From: Setoptus koraiensis
Taxonomy: Eukaryota; Animalia; Arthropoda
Length of the DNA stretch: 64,000 nucleotides
Assembly: GCA_048013815.1 (NCBI GenBank)
Contig: CM106586.1
Span: forward strand, 22,692,001-22,756,000
Reading direction: 5' to 3'
Shown here: positions 52,061-63,700 of the stretch, piece after piece
Numbering within the stretch: the first letter of the stretch is position 1
Layout: each line of letters starts with the position of its first letter
Position numbers and translations under genes: made by a program
The notes under the pieces: model-generated
The model's input: only the letters and a program-made list of their open reading frames with translations
Databases searched by the model: none
What the model was told of the DNA's origin: nothing

Positions 52061-54408
52061 TTAACACGAGGCCGCTACCTGTCTTTCGACAAATTTGATC
52101 TTTGGCCATACCATCTGTAACAGCATGTAATGATGCCTAAATTTGGGCGGCCATCTTGTGTTCTCTGTCTTGACAAATTCGTATGTGTTTATTAGATGAG
52201 CTAAAGCTAGTTTTGCTTCAATCAATGCAAATCTCATAGCTAAGCAATATCTGGGACCACTGCCGAACGGAATGTATGTGCACGGCTTTATTTTATGACG
52301 ATTCTCTGGCAGGAATCGCTCTGGATCAAACGTCTCTGGCTCATCGTAGTTATCTGGATCATGATGAATAGCGTGAAAAGGTATAATGACACCCATACCC
52401 TTTGGTATAACCAACTTTTTGCCTTCTATTTCAAGCTCAACATCCTCGCTGGCTTCTCTGTCGAATGTCAGGGTTGGCGTGTACATTCTAAGCGCTTCCG
52501 ATACAAACGCATCCAAATATTCAAGTTCAAGCAATTTATCATAGCTAATATCACCCTTGCCATCAATGAAAGCCTGATGAACCTCATCATACAATCTGGC
52601 TTGCATGTCTAGATTTAGTGATAAAAAGAAGCCACATGTTGAAAGAAGTGTCGCTGTTGTTTCGTGGCCAACGGCAAAGAACAACATGGATTGTGCCAAT
52701 ATTTCGAGGTCACCCATCTCTTGCTTGGCATCACTAGTTTTATTGTTGTTGTTTGTTGTGGTTGTTGTTGTCGTTGATCTTTGTTGTCGCTGTTGAGCAG
52801 TAGTCTGGTAAGCAGTCTTATCAATCGAGTTGTAAGTGCTATCCAAAGTTGATTCAGTTATTCTGGTGGTAGTTTTTTCTTGTAATAGCTGTTGCTGTTT
52901 AACGACTACTTGGCCGCTCCCATTTGTTGTTGTCGTCGTTCTACTATCTTCTACTAATCTATTGTCACTACTGTTGCTACCATTGATGCTATTCGTGTCG
53001 TCACCTCTATTTACCGGAACTGCTTTTTGATTATTATCTGTTTGTTGTTGTGGTTGCACTAAAGAGTTAATTTGTTGCTGTGGTTGACTGCTAGCTTGAA
53101 CACTCTTATTATTGTTGGTGCTATTACAATTGTTGTTGTTGTTGTTATTTATTGAGTTGCCGTTGCTTGCTCTGGCTTTTGATTCGTCCAATAAGATCTG
53201 AAGAAAATCGTCTGGTCTGTTGCATTTAATTTGTCCCTTAGCCATTTGATCCAACAATCGTCTGCGTTTTGAAATAATCTCTGTGGTGAAACGGGCAAAA
53301 AAATCAATGGACGACCTATCGTTTATATCGAACCTCATCAGACCCAACAATGTTTTTGGCAATGAAAAGGCAACAGCCATTTTGAATTTTGAAACTTCAA
53401 AGAATTTACGCGCACTAGACAGTATCTCGCTATCTGGGTGTCTATACTCTTTGAGATCCATACTAAAACAACATGTCGATATAACATCGACAGTAAATAC
53501 GGCAAATAATTTCTTCAATTCAATTTCTTGATCCTTCTGCTTGGCTATTGTAGATTTTAGATTGTTTGTGCAGCGTTTCATTAACTCAAACATTCGCTTT
53601 AATTTGTTGCTGGTGAATATGGGTGCCAATAAACATCTCAATTGTTTCCACTCATCGTCCATCATATACGTAAGTGCTCTACTTCTGATACTCAACGCTG
53701 TCATGGGCCTCTTTCGGTTTGTAAACGAATGAAAATGCTTGATAGTTACTTGTTTGATCGCCTCTGGGTGGCCGCAAACTAGCGTTGGCTTTGTGCCAAG
53801 GAACCCCTCGTATAATCTGTCATGTTTGTTTATTTGTTTTGTTTGGGTGATTTATAATTGTATTAGCAAAGTAACATTGGGCAAAAACAGAAACAAACAA
53901 AACACTCTAGTAGTGGCCACTCACCCATATAGCTTTCCGTAGGTCTTATGTAAATGCAATTCTAGTACTGGTTTTGGTGTAAATAAAGGATATAGAGAGG
54001 TACCAAATATAGGTAAAGGTGGCGGAGTCTTGATGCCCCGTTTCGCCCAAAAACTGAACTTGTAACTGTAGTAGCTGATTGTAGTAGCGTTTATAATAGA
54101 TGAGTGAGCGTGACATAAAATAAAAACGAGTTAATTAGTCAATCAGTTGTAATTAGAGCATGTTCGAGCTCACGATGATGTAATGAGTGGTAAAGGCCAT
54201 TTAGATATAAGAGTGGCAGTTGAGTTGAGATCAGTTCAATAAGGGCAGTCTCAATGGTTGTGTATCAGTGGTGCTGTTGTCGTTGCTGCTGTTGCTGTTG
54301 GTATACTTACAAGTATATGAATATAACACTAGCAATTCCTGTTATAGACCAAGAAATTACTGAATTCCCTGGCAAGTAAAAGCTTATCGTCCCTTCTAAA
54401 GAAGTCAT
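52061..54408 (-). CDS. Cytochrome P450, CYP3 clan (CYP3A-like), ~667 aa; exons 54408-54311, 54074-53925, 53816-52061
   Basis: N-terminal membrane anchor, proline hinge (KTPPPLPIFG), C-helix W (DEWKQLR), I-helix AVGHETT, K-helix EALR, PERF, heme motif FGSGPRYCLA. Both introns are GT-AG, phase 2; total 2004 nt. Confidence 0.93.
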
Positions 54409-56097
54409 CGCTGGGCAATTGTATGGTTCGTCGTATGGTTATTATCTATCTGTTATTAGCGGGCTATTATTAATTAGTAGTGGCTCGAGTTACAATAGAC
54501 AATTGCAAATGAGTCGCGATCGTTGATAACGGTTTGTTGAGGCCAGTGTCACCTGTGTGAGCGTGTAGCAATTATTCAAAAATAAACAAAACTCTATTCA
54601 CTATGAAAAGAAAGTTCTCTATTATATTATATTGGCTATTATTATATTCGATTGGCTATTGTTATATTTTTCGTCTACTTGTTGTGACGTTCTCTAGTAA
54701 GAATTTTCTTGGTGCTTTCTTGACGTCGCTGTCTTGATGGTATCGTCGTCACTGGTCTTGTGGTAGATGAACAATTAAAAGTGAAAGTGTTTTAAATCTA
54801 CCGAGGATCATTTATATTTTTGTATATATGTGATCGCTTTGGGTTCGAACAAAACATTGATAGCCAACGCGATATTGTCGTCTCATAATTCTCACTGTTG
54901 CTCGCTCAACTGAAGAATTTATCTCTACCTTCATGATAGAATTGATAGAATTGATTCACTCCACTATCTTCTATCACGTGAGTTCTGCCAACTGCAATTA
55001 TACCGCCCTCTATTCTTCGAGATCATATTCTTTTTTATTCTTCCTCTTATAAAAATAATGATAATATGATCATGCAAACTCTCGACAGTAGATCTCATTA
55101 GTTATTGTTACCTTTACATTACTCTTTGGCTCTCATAATTAATATCATTCGTCTGTATCCCGCCCCAAAAACTAATTCGTTGCTGTTGTCGCCGTCGTCG
55201 TCGTCGTCGTCGTTGCCGTCGTGTACTATCCATTCACAAGTTACATTTTTGATGAAAACCCTCACAGGGACACTTCGCGAATCTGGGTAAGAATTCTTTC
55301 AATACAACTCTATCTACAACAATCTTCCGATCTACAATTGAAAAGAGAGAATTGAATATCAAAGGATGATGATAAGGTTCGTGAGTGCAAACTCGTGCAA
55401 ATAATCACCCGCCCACTCATGTCTGACAAGATTTGATTCACTTAGAGTATCTGGTATAGAAAGAACGAGAGTGATACGGTGCAGGAGAGATAACGGTTGG
55501 TTGACATAGGCAGTAAGACAGTTGTTGGTAGAAGAAGAGATCGAGCTAATCACTCGAAGCAATCTAATGCGAAAATTGAATATGATGTTAATGATGAAGT
55601 CAGCGAACATGATGACGAACAGTCGGCTATAAATATAAACACTCTAATTGCATACATGATTGCTCGCGTATTAGTCTTTCTCTAATCGCTTTAGTAACCC
55701 TATTCATTGGTGTTCATCGCAAATTCATGATAATTATTTCCGGACCGGATCTAATTAAAACACACCGTCGAACTGTTTACATGCATAGTTGAAGTCAATG
55801 TTAAGGATCAACTGAAGAGAATGAAACCAAGACACCGAATATTCGCAAAGCTTCTCCTATTGGCAGCAGTTGTGTATCATTGTTTTATACGTACAGGTGT
55901 ACTAAAAACACGTTCTTTTAGTGGGCATGAACACTACAAGTAGAAATTAGTAGTTCAGTACTATTATGCTCAACTTACTCTCGAAAGAACGATTTCTAAG
56001 ATTGAAGTCTTTTATTGTGTTTGTTGTGGTATTGAATATATTTATGCGTACACTAAAATTCGCTCGAAGAAAAGCTAGCAAAAACCAGTTTGACTTC

Positions 56098-58834
56098 TCA
56101 CATCTTGTCGAGGTAAGAGTCTAGGTCAGGAAGAGACTCTTTCAAACCTTTACGCTTTCTAGTATCAATCAGGACTTGATAGGGTTTTGATTTACCATCC
56201 ATGGGGTCACCTGGTAGTACTTGCCAATGATCAAATACACACTGTGGAAAAGCTTGACCACCTGTATTAGATCTGAGGTCGGCTGTAAAACCGAATGATT
56301 CGTTAACTGGAAGATAGGCCTTAACTACGAACATAGGGGTTCCGGTAACTTGAGTCTCCTCGGTAACGTGACCACGACGACGATTGAGCACTCCATAAAT
56401 ACCCCCGACGACAGATTCAGGACACTGAATTTCAACTAAATAGACGGGCTCTAGCAAACGAGGCTCAGCTGTGATCTGACAAGCGTAAAAGCAACGTCTG
56501 GCTGTTGGTATAATTTGACCACCACCACGATGGATCGCATCAGTGTGAAGTGTAACGTCATGAATGTTCCATCTGATTCCACGGCAGTTCTCTTCACAAA
56601 GGACACCCTCTTTAGATGCCCACTGTAGACCTGCTACCATGCTGTCCTTAATTTCGTTCAAGTATTGAACACCCTTAGTAACGTCAACGAGAAGGTTGGG
56701 GCCAGTTGTCTCAGGACCAAAGCACCAAATCTTACGCGAATCGGTTGCGTCCCATTCGTATTTCTCCACTAAGATCTTACCACGATTCTTGGGGTCATCC
56801 TTGACGTTGATGATACCAGAATCAATGTCCTCGGCAAGACCGTCTTGCATTGGCACAGCTTTCATGTAAAGACGATTGTGTTTGTTAGGTGACTTCGACA
56901 GGCACATAATAGATGATTCTTCTGTTACAGTTTCACGGTAAGACACGACGGGATCTGAGGTCTTCAATGGAATCTGTGCATGATCTTCTTCCAAGTCTTT
57001 CAAACAGATCTCAAGATGGAGTTCACCAGCTCCAGCGACGATATGCTCACCACTAGATTCAGTGCTGATTTGTACCATAGGATCGGATTTGGCTAAACGT
57101 TTAAGACCTTCAACTAATTTTGGCAATTCAGCGGGATTTTTGGGTTCAACAGCTACACGGACAACGGGGCTGACACTGAATTTCATGACCTTAAGATTGT
57201 GAGCATCCTTAAAGTTAGAGATGGTTCCTGTCTTGACAAGGTACTGATCTACACCGACAAGACCACAGATGTTACCTGAAGGAACATCTTCGATGGCTTC
57301 AGCAGAACGACCCATCATGAGGACTGTACGTTGAATAGCTTTTTCAGCAAGATCTACTTTTCCACCGGGAACATAGTTGGGTCCCATAATACGGACCTTT
57401 TGACCTGAGGCAACACATCCGGAGAAAACTCTACCGAAGGCGTAGAAACGACCTTTATCAGCTGTCGGTACCATTTTAGACACGTACATCATGAGAGGAC
57501 CATTAGGGTCACAGTTCTTAATGGCGATGGCAGCTTCATCGTCTAGTGGGCCTTGGTACAAGATTTCCATACGGTATCGTTGGGCTGTGACAGGTGATGG
57601 TAAGTGGATGGCTATCATCTGCAACAAAGCCTCACCAGCTGGCCACCAGGTACGCATTACAAGTTTGAGTAAGTCTTTGCCCTCCTTGTCTTTGTCGTCA
57701 CCTTTCAACACTATTCCTAATTTGTTTAGTAGATCTGCTATTTCTTCCTTGTGGTAGTTCATTATTGCGTCGAAAACTTTGAAGATTGGGTCGAGTACGA
57801 AGTGACAGAAGGCGCGCTCAAATCCTTCACCTTGATTCTTTGACCATTTCTTTGTTGCCTTGTTGAAGAAGTTCTCACCCCACAATTTACCCATGAGCTT
57901 TTCTGGGTCAATCTTGAATTTGTCAGCGTAGAACTCAGCAAACTGTTTGAGCGTGAAAGCCCATCCGTGTAGACCACTACCAAAGGCTACGTTACCCTTT
58001 GCCGGGTCGACTTTGATGTCACCCATAGGTCCACTCTCATCGGAGTATGTGGCTATGATAGCGTTGACTGTCTCAACAATACGAGTCAACTTCTGATACA
58101 AGTCTTCCTTACCTAGTTGCAACGTAAGCATAGCCAAGTCCATCTTGTTCATGATGAGAACGGGCTTGATACGCTCAGTGATGGCTTGACGGAGGACGGT
58201 TTCAGTTTGTACACAAACACCTGTTAGCGAAGACAATGTAGAGATTGGGGTTACCAAATAGAAAATATTCTGATAGCAGTCAATGTTGATAGAACCATAG
58301 TCTTACCTGAGACACAGTCGACGACAACCAGAGCACCATCGGTAACACGAAGAGCAGCTGTGACCTCAGATGAGAAGTCAACGTGACCTGGTGAATCAAT
58401 AAGATTGATCAAGAAACCTCGTTCGTCTTTCTCTCGTTGAAATTCTCCTTTGATGTATGGTAAATCGCGTTCGGCCATCTCGAAGTACATGGAAATAGCG
58501 GTAGATTTGATGGTAATACATCTCTCTTGTTCGTCTTTTCTTGTATCAGTAAATCTCATCTCACCGGCTTTAGCGGCGGCGATAATACCGGCTTTGGTAA
58601 CTAAAGCATCGGTCAAAGTGGATTTTCCGTGATCGACGTGGGCTATAACACTCATGTTACGAATGTTCCTCTTCTTGGACATGATGCCACGGATCTCATC
58701 AACTGTAAAGTTCACCTGTGAAAAAGAGGTAAGTTTACATTGTTAGTATTGAAAACGTGAGTGAATTCGCATAGTGCACGACATATTTCTTTATAAGCAC
58801 CGTATGTGAGTATGTTGCATTGATCACTTACCAT
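56098..58834 (-). CDS. eEF2: Eukaryotic translation elongation factor 2, 844 aa; coding exons 58834-58832 (ATG), 58715-58307, 58220-56098
   Basis: [10 protein letters not shown]-terminus, G1 AHVDHGKS, effector [20 protein letters not shown], diphthamide loop [13 protein letters not shown]. Introns are GT-AG and the joined CDS of 2535 nt is in frame. Confidence 0.98.
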
Positions 58835-58857
58835 TTTGATGCTTCTTTTTTATCTAT
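58832..58857 (-). other. 26-nt mini-exon ending in the eEF2 ATG (ATAGATAAAAAAGAAGCATCAAAATG)
   Basis: Bounded by TTATAG and GTAAGT; 21/26 identical to the RpS24 mini-exon. A second AG lies 4 nt downstream in both. Confidence 0.7.
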
Positions 58858-59017
58858 CTATAAGTTCACAATTATTTGCTATGATATAATATATGGATAT
58901 TTATTTAAATTAACCTAATTAAATGAATGTTTGATATGATTTAAGTCAATATTATTGTATAACATGTAGTGCTGGCTTGCAACTGCGTCCAGTCACCAAT
59001 ATGATAAGAAGAAATTC

Positions 59018-59109
59018 GCAATTGAAGTTTCAAGCAACTCACGCTGTTTCCGTTGCACTTACATTTCTCTATTTGCGCATTCCAAATATGACTAGCGCCA
59101 ATTTTGAAC
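59018..59109 (-). promoter_or_regulatory. Left arm of inverted repeat: putative eEF2 promoter and non-coding leader exon with donor CAGC|GTGAGT (intron 59042-58858)
   Basis: Reverse complement aligns to 59337-59430 at about 70/94 identity. Donor is oriented toward eEF2. Matching acceptor TTATAG at 58863-58858. Confidence 0.7.
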
Positions 59110-59336
59110 CACATTTCATCACGTTATTGGCATTAGATCCACTGATGATGCGGGCAGAATTCCACTGTAGCACAGACAAGAAAAGTTCACGAGTGAATGT
59201 CGATGGTGTGCTGAACACACTTGTGTAGAGAATGTTTGTGTGAACTTTGCCGGTATTCACATTCGTGCACATTCATGCACAACATTAAAGTGCAAACATG
59301 CGAGCAGACACACAAACAAAAAATCACTCCAAAGCC

Positions 59337-59430
59337 GTTCGAAATTGGCGCTAGTGCTGCTGGCAATGCGCAAGCAAAGGAACATTAGTGCAGCGGAAGC
59401 AGCGTGAGTCGGACAGTAAACTTGAATTGC
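59337..59430 (+). promoter_or_regulatory. Right arm of inverted repeat: putative RpS24 promoter and non-coding leader exon with donor CAGC|GTGAGT (intron 59404-59561)
   Basis: Inverted homologue of 59018-59109. Donor is oriented toward RpS24. Matching acceptor CCATAG at 59556-59561. Confidence 0.7.
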
Positions 59431-59561
59431 AAACTGCTTCAACATGCCGATAACTCACATGATTTACAGAGTTCTTATTTAATTCGTTTCGAATTTATAA
59501 TATTCTGTTGGATTAATTTAAATTTATCCAGATACTAATTGTAACAATTTCACACCCATAG

Positions 59562-59587
59562 ATAGACAACAAAAAGGAATCAAAATG
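59562..59587 (+). other. 26-nt mini-exon ending in the RpS24 ATG (ATAGACAACAAAAAGGAATCAAAATG)
   Basis: Bounded by CCATAG and GTAAGT; same length as and 21/26 identical to the eEF2 mini-exon. Confidence 0.7.
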
Positions 59588-60086
59588 GTAAGTAGTCAAT
59601 TCAGGGACGAAACATTTCTTCCACCATCGTAGCTCACTCAGGTTCTAATAACTGTTTCTATCGCTGTTTCTCTATCAAAATTACTAGGTCATAAGCTCGT
59701 TGCGAACACGTAAATTTATGACAAATCGTCTCTTATACAGACGTCAGATGGTAGTCGATATATTACATCCAGGAAAAGCTACCGTGTCCAAGAAGGAGGT
59801 TCAAGAAAAACTAGCTAAAATGTACAAAACCACTCCAGATGTTGTCTTCTGTTTTGGATTCAAAACACAATTCGGTGGTGACAAATCATCCGGATTCGCC
59901 CTCATTTATGATAATTTAAAGATGGCCAAGAGATTCGAACCAAGATACAGATTGGTCAAGAATGGTCTTAAAGAAAAGGCTAAGACCGGTAGGAAACAGC
60001 GCAAGGAGCGAAAGAACAGAATGAAGAAGGTTAGAGGTACAGCTAAGGCGAAGATTGGAGCAGGTGCTGCCAAGAAGGCTAAATAA
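59585..60086 (+). CDS. RpS24: 40S ribosomal protein S24 (eS24), 133 aa; coding exons 59585-59587 (ATG) and 59688-60086
   Basis: [30 protein letters not shown]...FGFKTQFGG...[19 protein letters not shown]|GTAAGT donor at 59588 and acceptor TTACTAG at 59681-59687. AATAAA overlaps the stop. Confidence 0.97.
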
Positions 60087-60289
60087 ATAAACAAACTAAA
60101 AATTCAAATCATCGCGAATACATTCACTCTCGTCATCTATTTTTTAGCCACGGCAACTGTCCAGATATACTTTTTTCAACCTCGTACGCTCAAAAACTGC
60201 GCCACTTCATGAGTGACCACGAGGCGTGCTCCATACACGTTTTTTTTTTGTATCAATCCACTCTACGTCTTTAAGATGTTTTGATTTCT

Positions 60290-60760
60290 ATATAATATAC
60301 ATATTATTTATATATTAAATTATTATTATCTATTAGTATATAATTCATCTATAATATTATATTATTTATATGGTATATTTTATATATTATATTAATTATT
60401 ATATGATTATTTTATTATTTATTTATATTATTTTATAAATTACAATGTTACTAAAAATTTAATATACAGATATTTATATATAATTTAAATTATATTATAT
60501 TATATTATGATATTATATATATTTTTTATATATTAAATAATATATTATTTATATTATTATGTATAGATATATATATATTTATATAGTAATATTATATAAT
60601 ATTATATATTTATCTATGTAATATTTATATTATACTGTATATAATCATTATATAGTTTGTTTTTATATATTATTAATTATATATAATATATATTATATAT
60701 ATTATATATTAAATGATATATTTTTAATATAAATTTTTATTAATAATTTCAAATAATTAA
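60290..60760. other. Extremely A/T-rich low-complexity tract
   Basis: Almost exclusively A and T with sparse C/G and no clear period. Confidence 0.85.
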
Positions 60761-60778
60761 CATCCCACCCTACACACT

Positions 60779-63700
60779 ACCAACCCAACACAACAAACAA
60801 CAAACACAAAACAACCCACAAACCACACCCACACCAAAAACAACACACACACCACAACAACACAAACAACACAACCAACAAACACAAACACAACACACAC
60901 CACACACACACCAACCACACACACAAACCAAACCCAACACACACCAAACACCAACAAACCACACACACCAACAACCCAAACCCAAAACAAAACCAACAAA
61001 CCCCCCAACACAACCAACAACACACCCACACAACACAAAAAACAACAACAAAAAACACAAAAAAACACAAAAAACACACAAACACACACACAACCAAACA
61101 CACAACCAACACAACAACCCAACCACAACACCAACACAACCACACAACCCAAACAACAAAAAACAAAACCAACACAACCACCACACAAAACAACACACCC
61201 ACCCAACCAACCAACAACAAAAACACCAACCCACACACAAACCCACAAACCCACACAACACAACAACAAAACAAAACACAAAACAAAACCAAACACAACA
61301 CACAAACCACAACCAAAAACAACAAAACCCACACACACACACACACAACAACACACACAACAAAACCACAAACCAAACCACAAAAACCAACAACCCCCCC
61401 AACAACACACAACACACACCACCACCAAACACAAACCCACAACACACACACCACACACCAACCAAACACACAACACAACACAACAACCAACAAACCAAAA
61501 AACCCAACAAACAACCCACCAAACCAACAAACAAACAAACCACACAACAAAACCACCAACAACAACACACAACAAACACACACAACCAACACCAACAAAC
61601 ACCACACACACCAAACCACACCACACACACAAAAAAAACCACCAAACAACCCAAAAACACAACAACCACACCACACAACCAAACAACAAAAAAAAAAAAA
61701 CAACACCAACCACAAAAAAAAAACAACACACAACCCCACAAACCAACACAAAAAACACCACCACACAACACACACAACAAACCCAACACCCAACAAAAAC
61801 CAACAAACACCCAAAACCACAAAAACAACACACAAAACACAAACAACAACAAACCCAACAAACCACCAACCCACACCAAACCACAAAAACACCAAAAACA
61901 CACCAAAAAAAACCCACCCAACACACACAAAACCACAAACAAACCCAAACCCACACACAACCCAACAACACAACACACAAACAACAACCACCCCACACAC
62001 ACAAAAAACAACCACAACAACCAACACCCCAACCACACCACCCCCAAAAACAACAAACCACACACAACACAACACACCAAACAACAACAACCACACACAA
62101 AAACCAACAACACCAACAAACCACACAACAAAAAACAAAAAACACACCACCAAACAACAACACCACACAAACACCCCAACCCACCCAACCACCAACCAAA
62201 AACAACACCAAACACAACCCAAACAAAACCAAAACAACCAAACACAAAAACCACACAAAAACCCACCAACCACCAAACAAACACCAAACAACAACACCCC
62301 AAACAAAACACAAAACAACAAACAACACAAAAAACACACCAACAACACACCAAACCAACACAACACCCCCCAACACAAACCAAACCACAACACACAACAA
62401 ACCCAACAACAAAAAAACCCACACAACAAACCACAAACCAACCAACCCAAAAACAACAAAAACACCCAACCACAAACAAAACCACCAAAAACAAAAACAA
62501 CCAAAAAAACACCAAACCAACACAACACACACAACAACAAAAACAAACACACAAACACCAACACAACACAACAAACCCACCCAAAAAACCACACCACACA
62601 ACAACAAAAAAACACACAAACACAACACAACAACCAAAACAAACCCACACCACCACAAACAACAACCACCCACAAACCACAAACAACAACACACCACAAA
62701 AAACAAACAACAACACCCACACACAAACCAAACCACACAACCAAACAAAAAAACAAACAAAACAACACCCAAAACCACACACAAAACAAACAAACACAAC
62801 ACACAACACAAAACAAAAACACACAAACACAACACAACAACACACACAAACAAACCCCCACAACCAAACACACAAAAACCACAACACAAAACACACAACA
62901 CCCCAAAACAAACACCCACCCAAACCAAACAACAACACCAACCAACAACCAACAACAACAACACCACCAAACACCACCCACACAACCACAACACAAAAAC
63001 ACCCAAACAACACACCCAACCAAACACAACAAAACACCAACCACACACAACACACACAACACCAAAAAACAAAACACAACCAAAAACAAACAAACACAAA
63101 CACCACCAAAACAACCAAACCACAAAAAACACCACCAACCCAACACAACAACCACAACAACCCCAAACAAACCCAACCCACCCAACACCCCCACCAAACA
63201 CCCACAACACAAACACCCCCAACAAACACCCAACCCAACACAAAAACACACCAAAAACAACACAACCACACACAACCACAAACAACAACACACCAACCAC
63301 CAACAAAAAAAACACACAACCAAAACAACAAAACCCCAAAACACCCAAACCACCAAACCAAACCCACACACCACACACACCCACAAAACCAAAAACACCC
63401 CAACACCCAACAAAACAAACCCCCAACCCACCAACCACCAACACACCAAAAACAACACAAACCCACAAAAAACAAAACAACAACCAACAAACACCAAACA
63501 ACAACCAAAACACACCAACCCACACAACAAAAAACACACAAAACCCCCAAAAAACCAAAACAACACCACAAAAAACACACCCAAAAAAACACCACAAAAC
63601 ACACAAACACACAACACCAACAAACAAACAACACCACCACAAAACCCACAACAACAAAACACAACACACCCCCCAACAACAACCCCCAACAACAACACCA

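Noticed and set aside
6662-52232. About nine octamer (ATTTGCAT) matches as POU autoregulatory sites
   Set aside because: Scattered, one inside a CDS, and TTGCA is generally over-represented here; not distinguishable from background without computation.
55359-55685. Short ORFs on both strands between the CYP and eEF2
   Set aside because: Under 85 aa, with no motifs and no convincing splice framework.
58911-58918. TAACCTAA resembling a TTAGG telomerase-RNA template
   Set aside because: Only 8 nt in AT-rich sequence inside the predicted eEF2 leader intron; expected by chance.
59018-59430. MITE or Mutator-like element with long TIRs, or tRNA A/B boxes
   Set aside because: No target-site duplication. 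Homology continues outward through the introns to the ATG exons. GTTCRA and TGGCGCTAGT are in the wrong order for a Pol III promoter and there is no cloverleaf.
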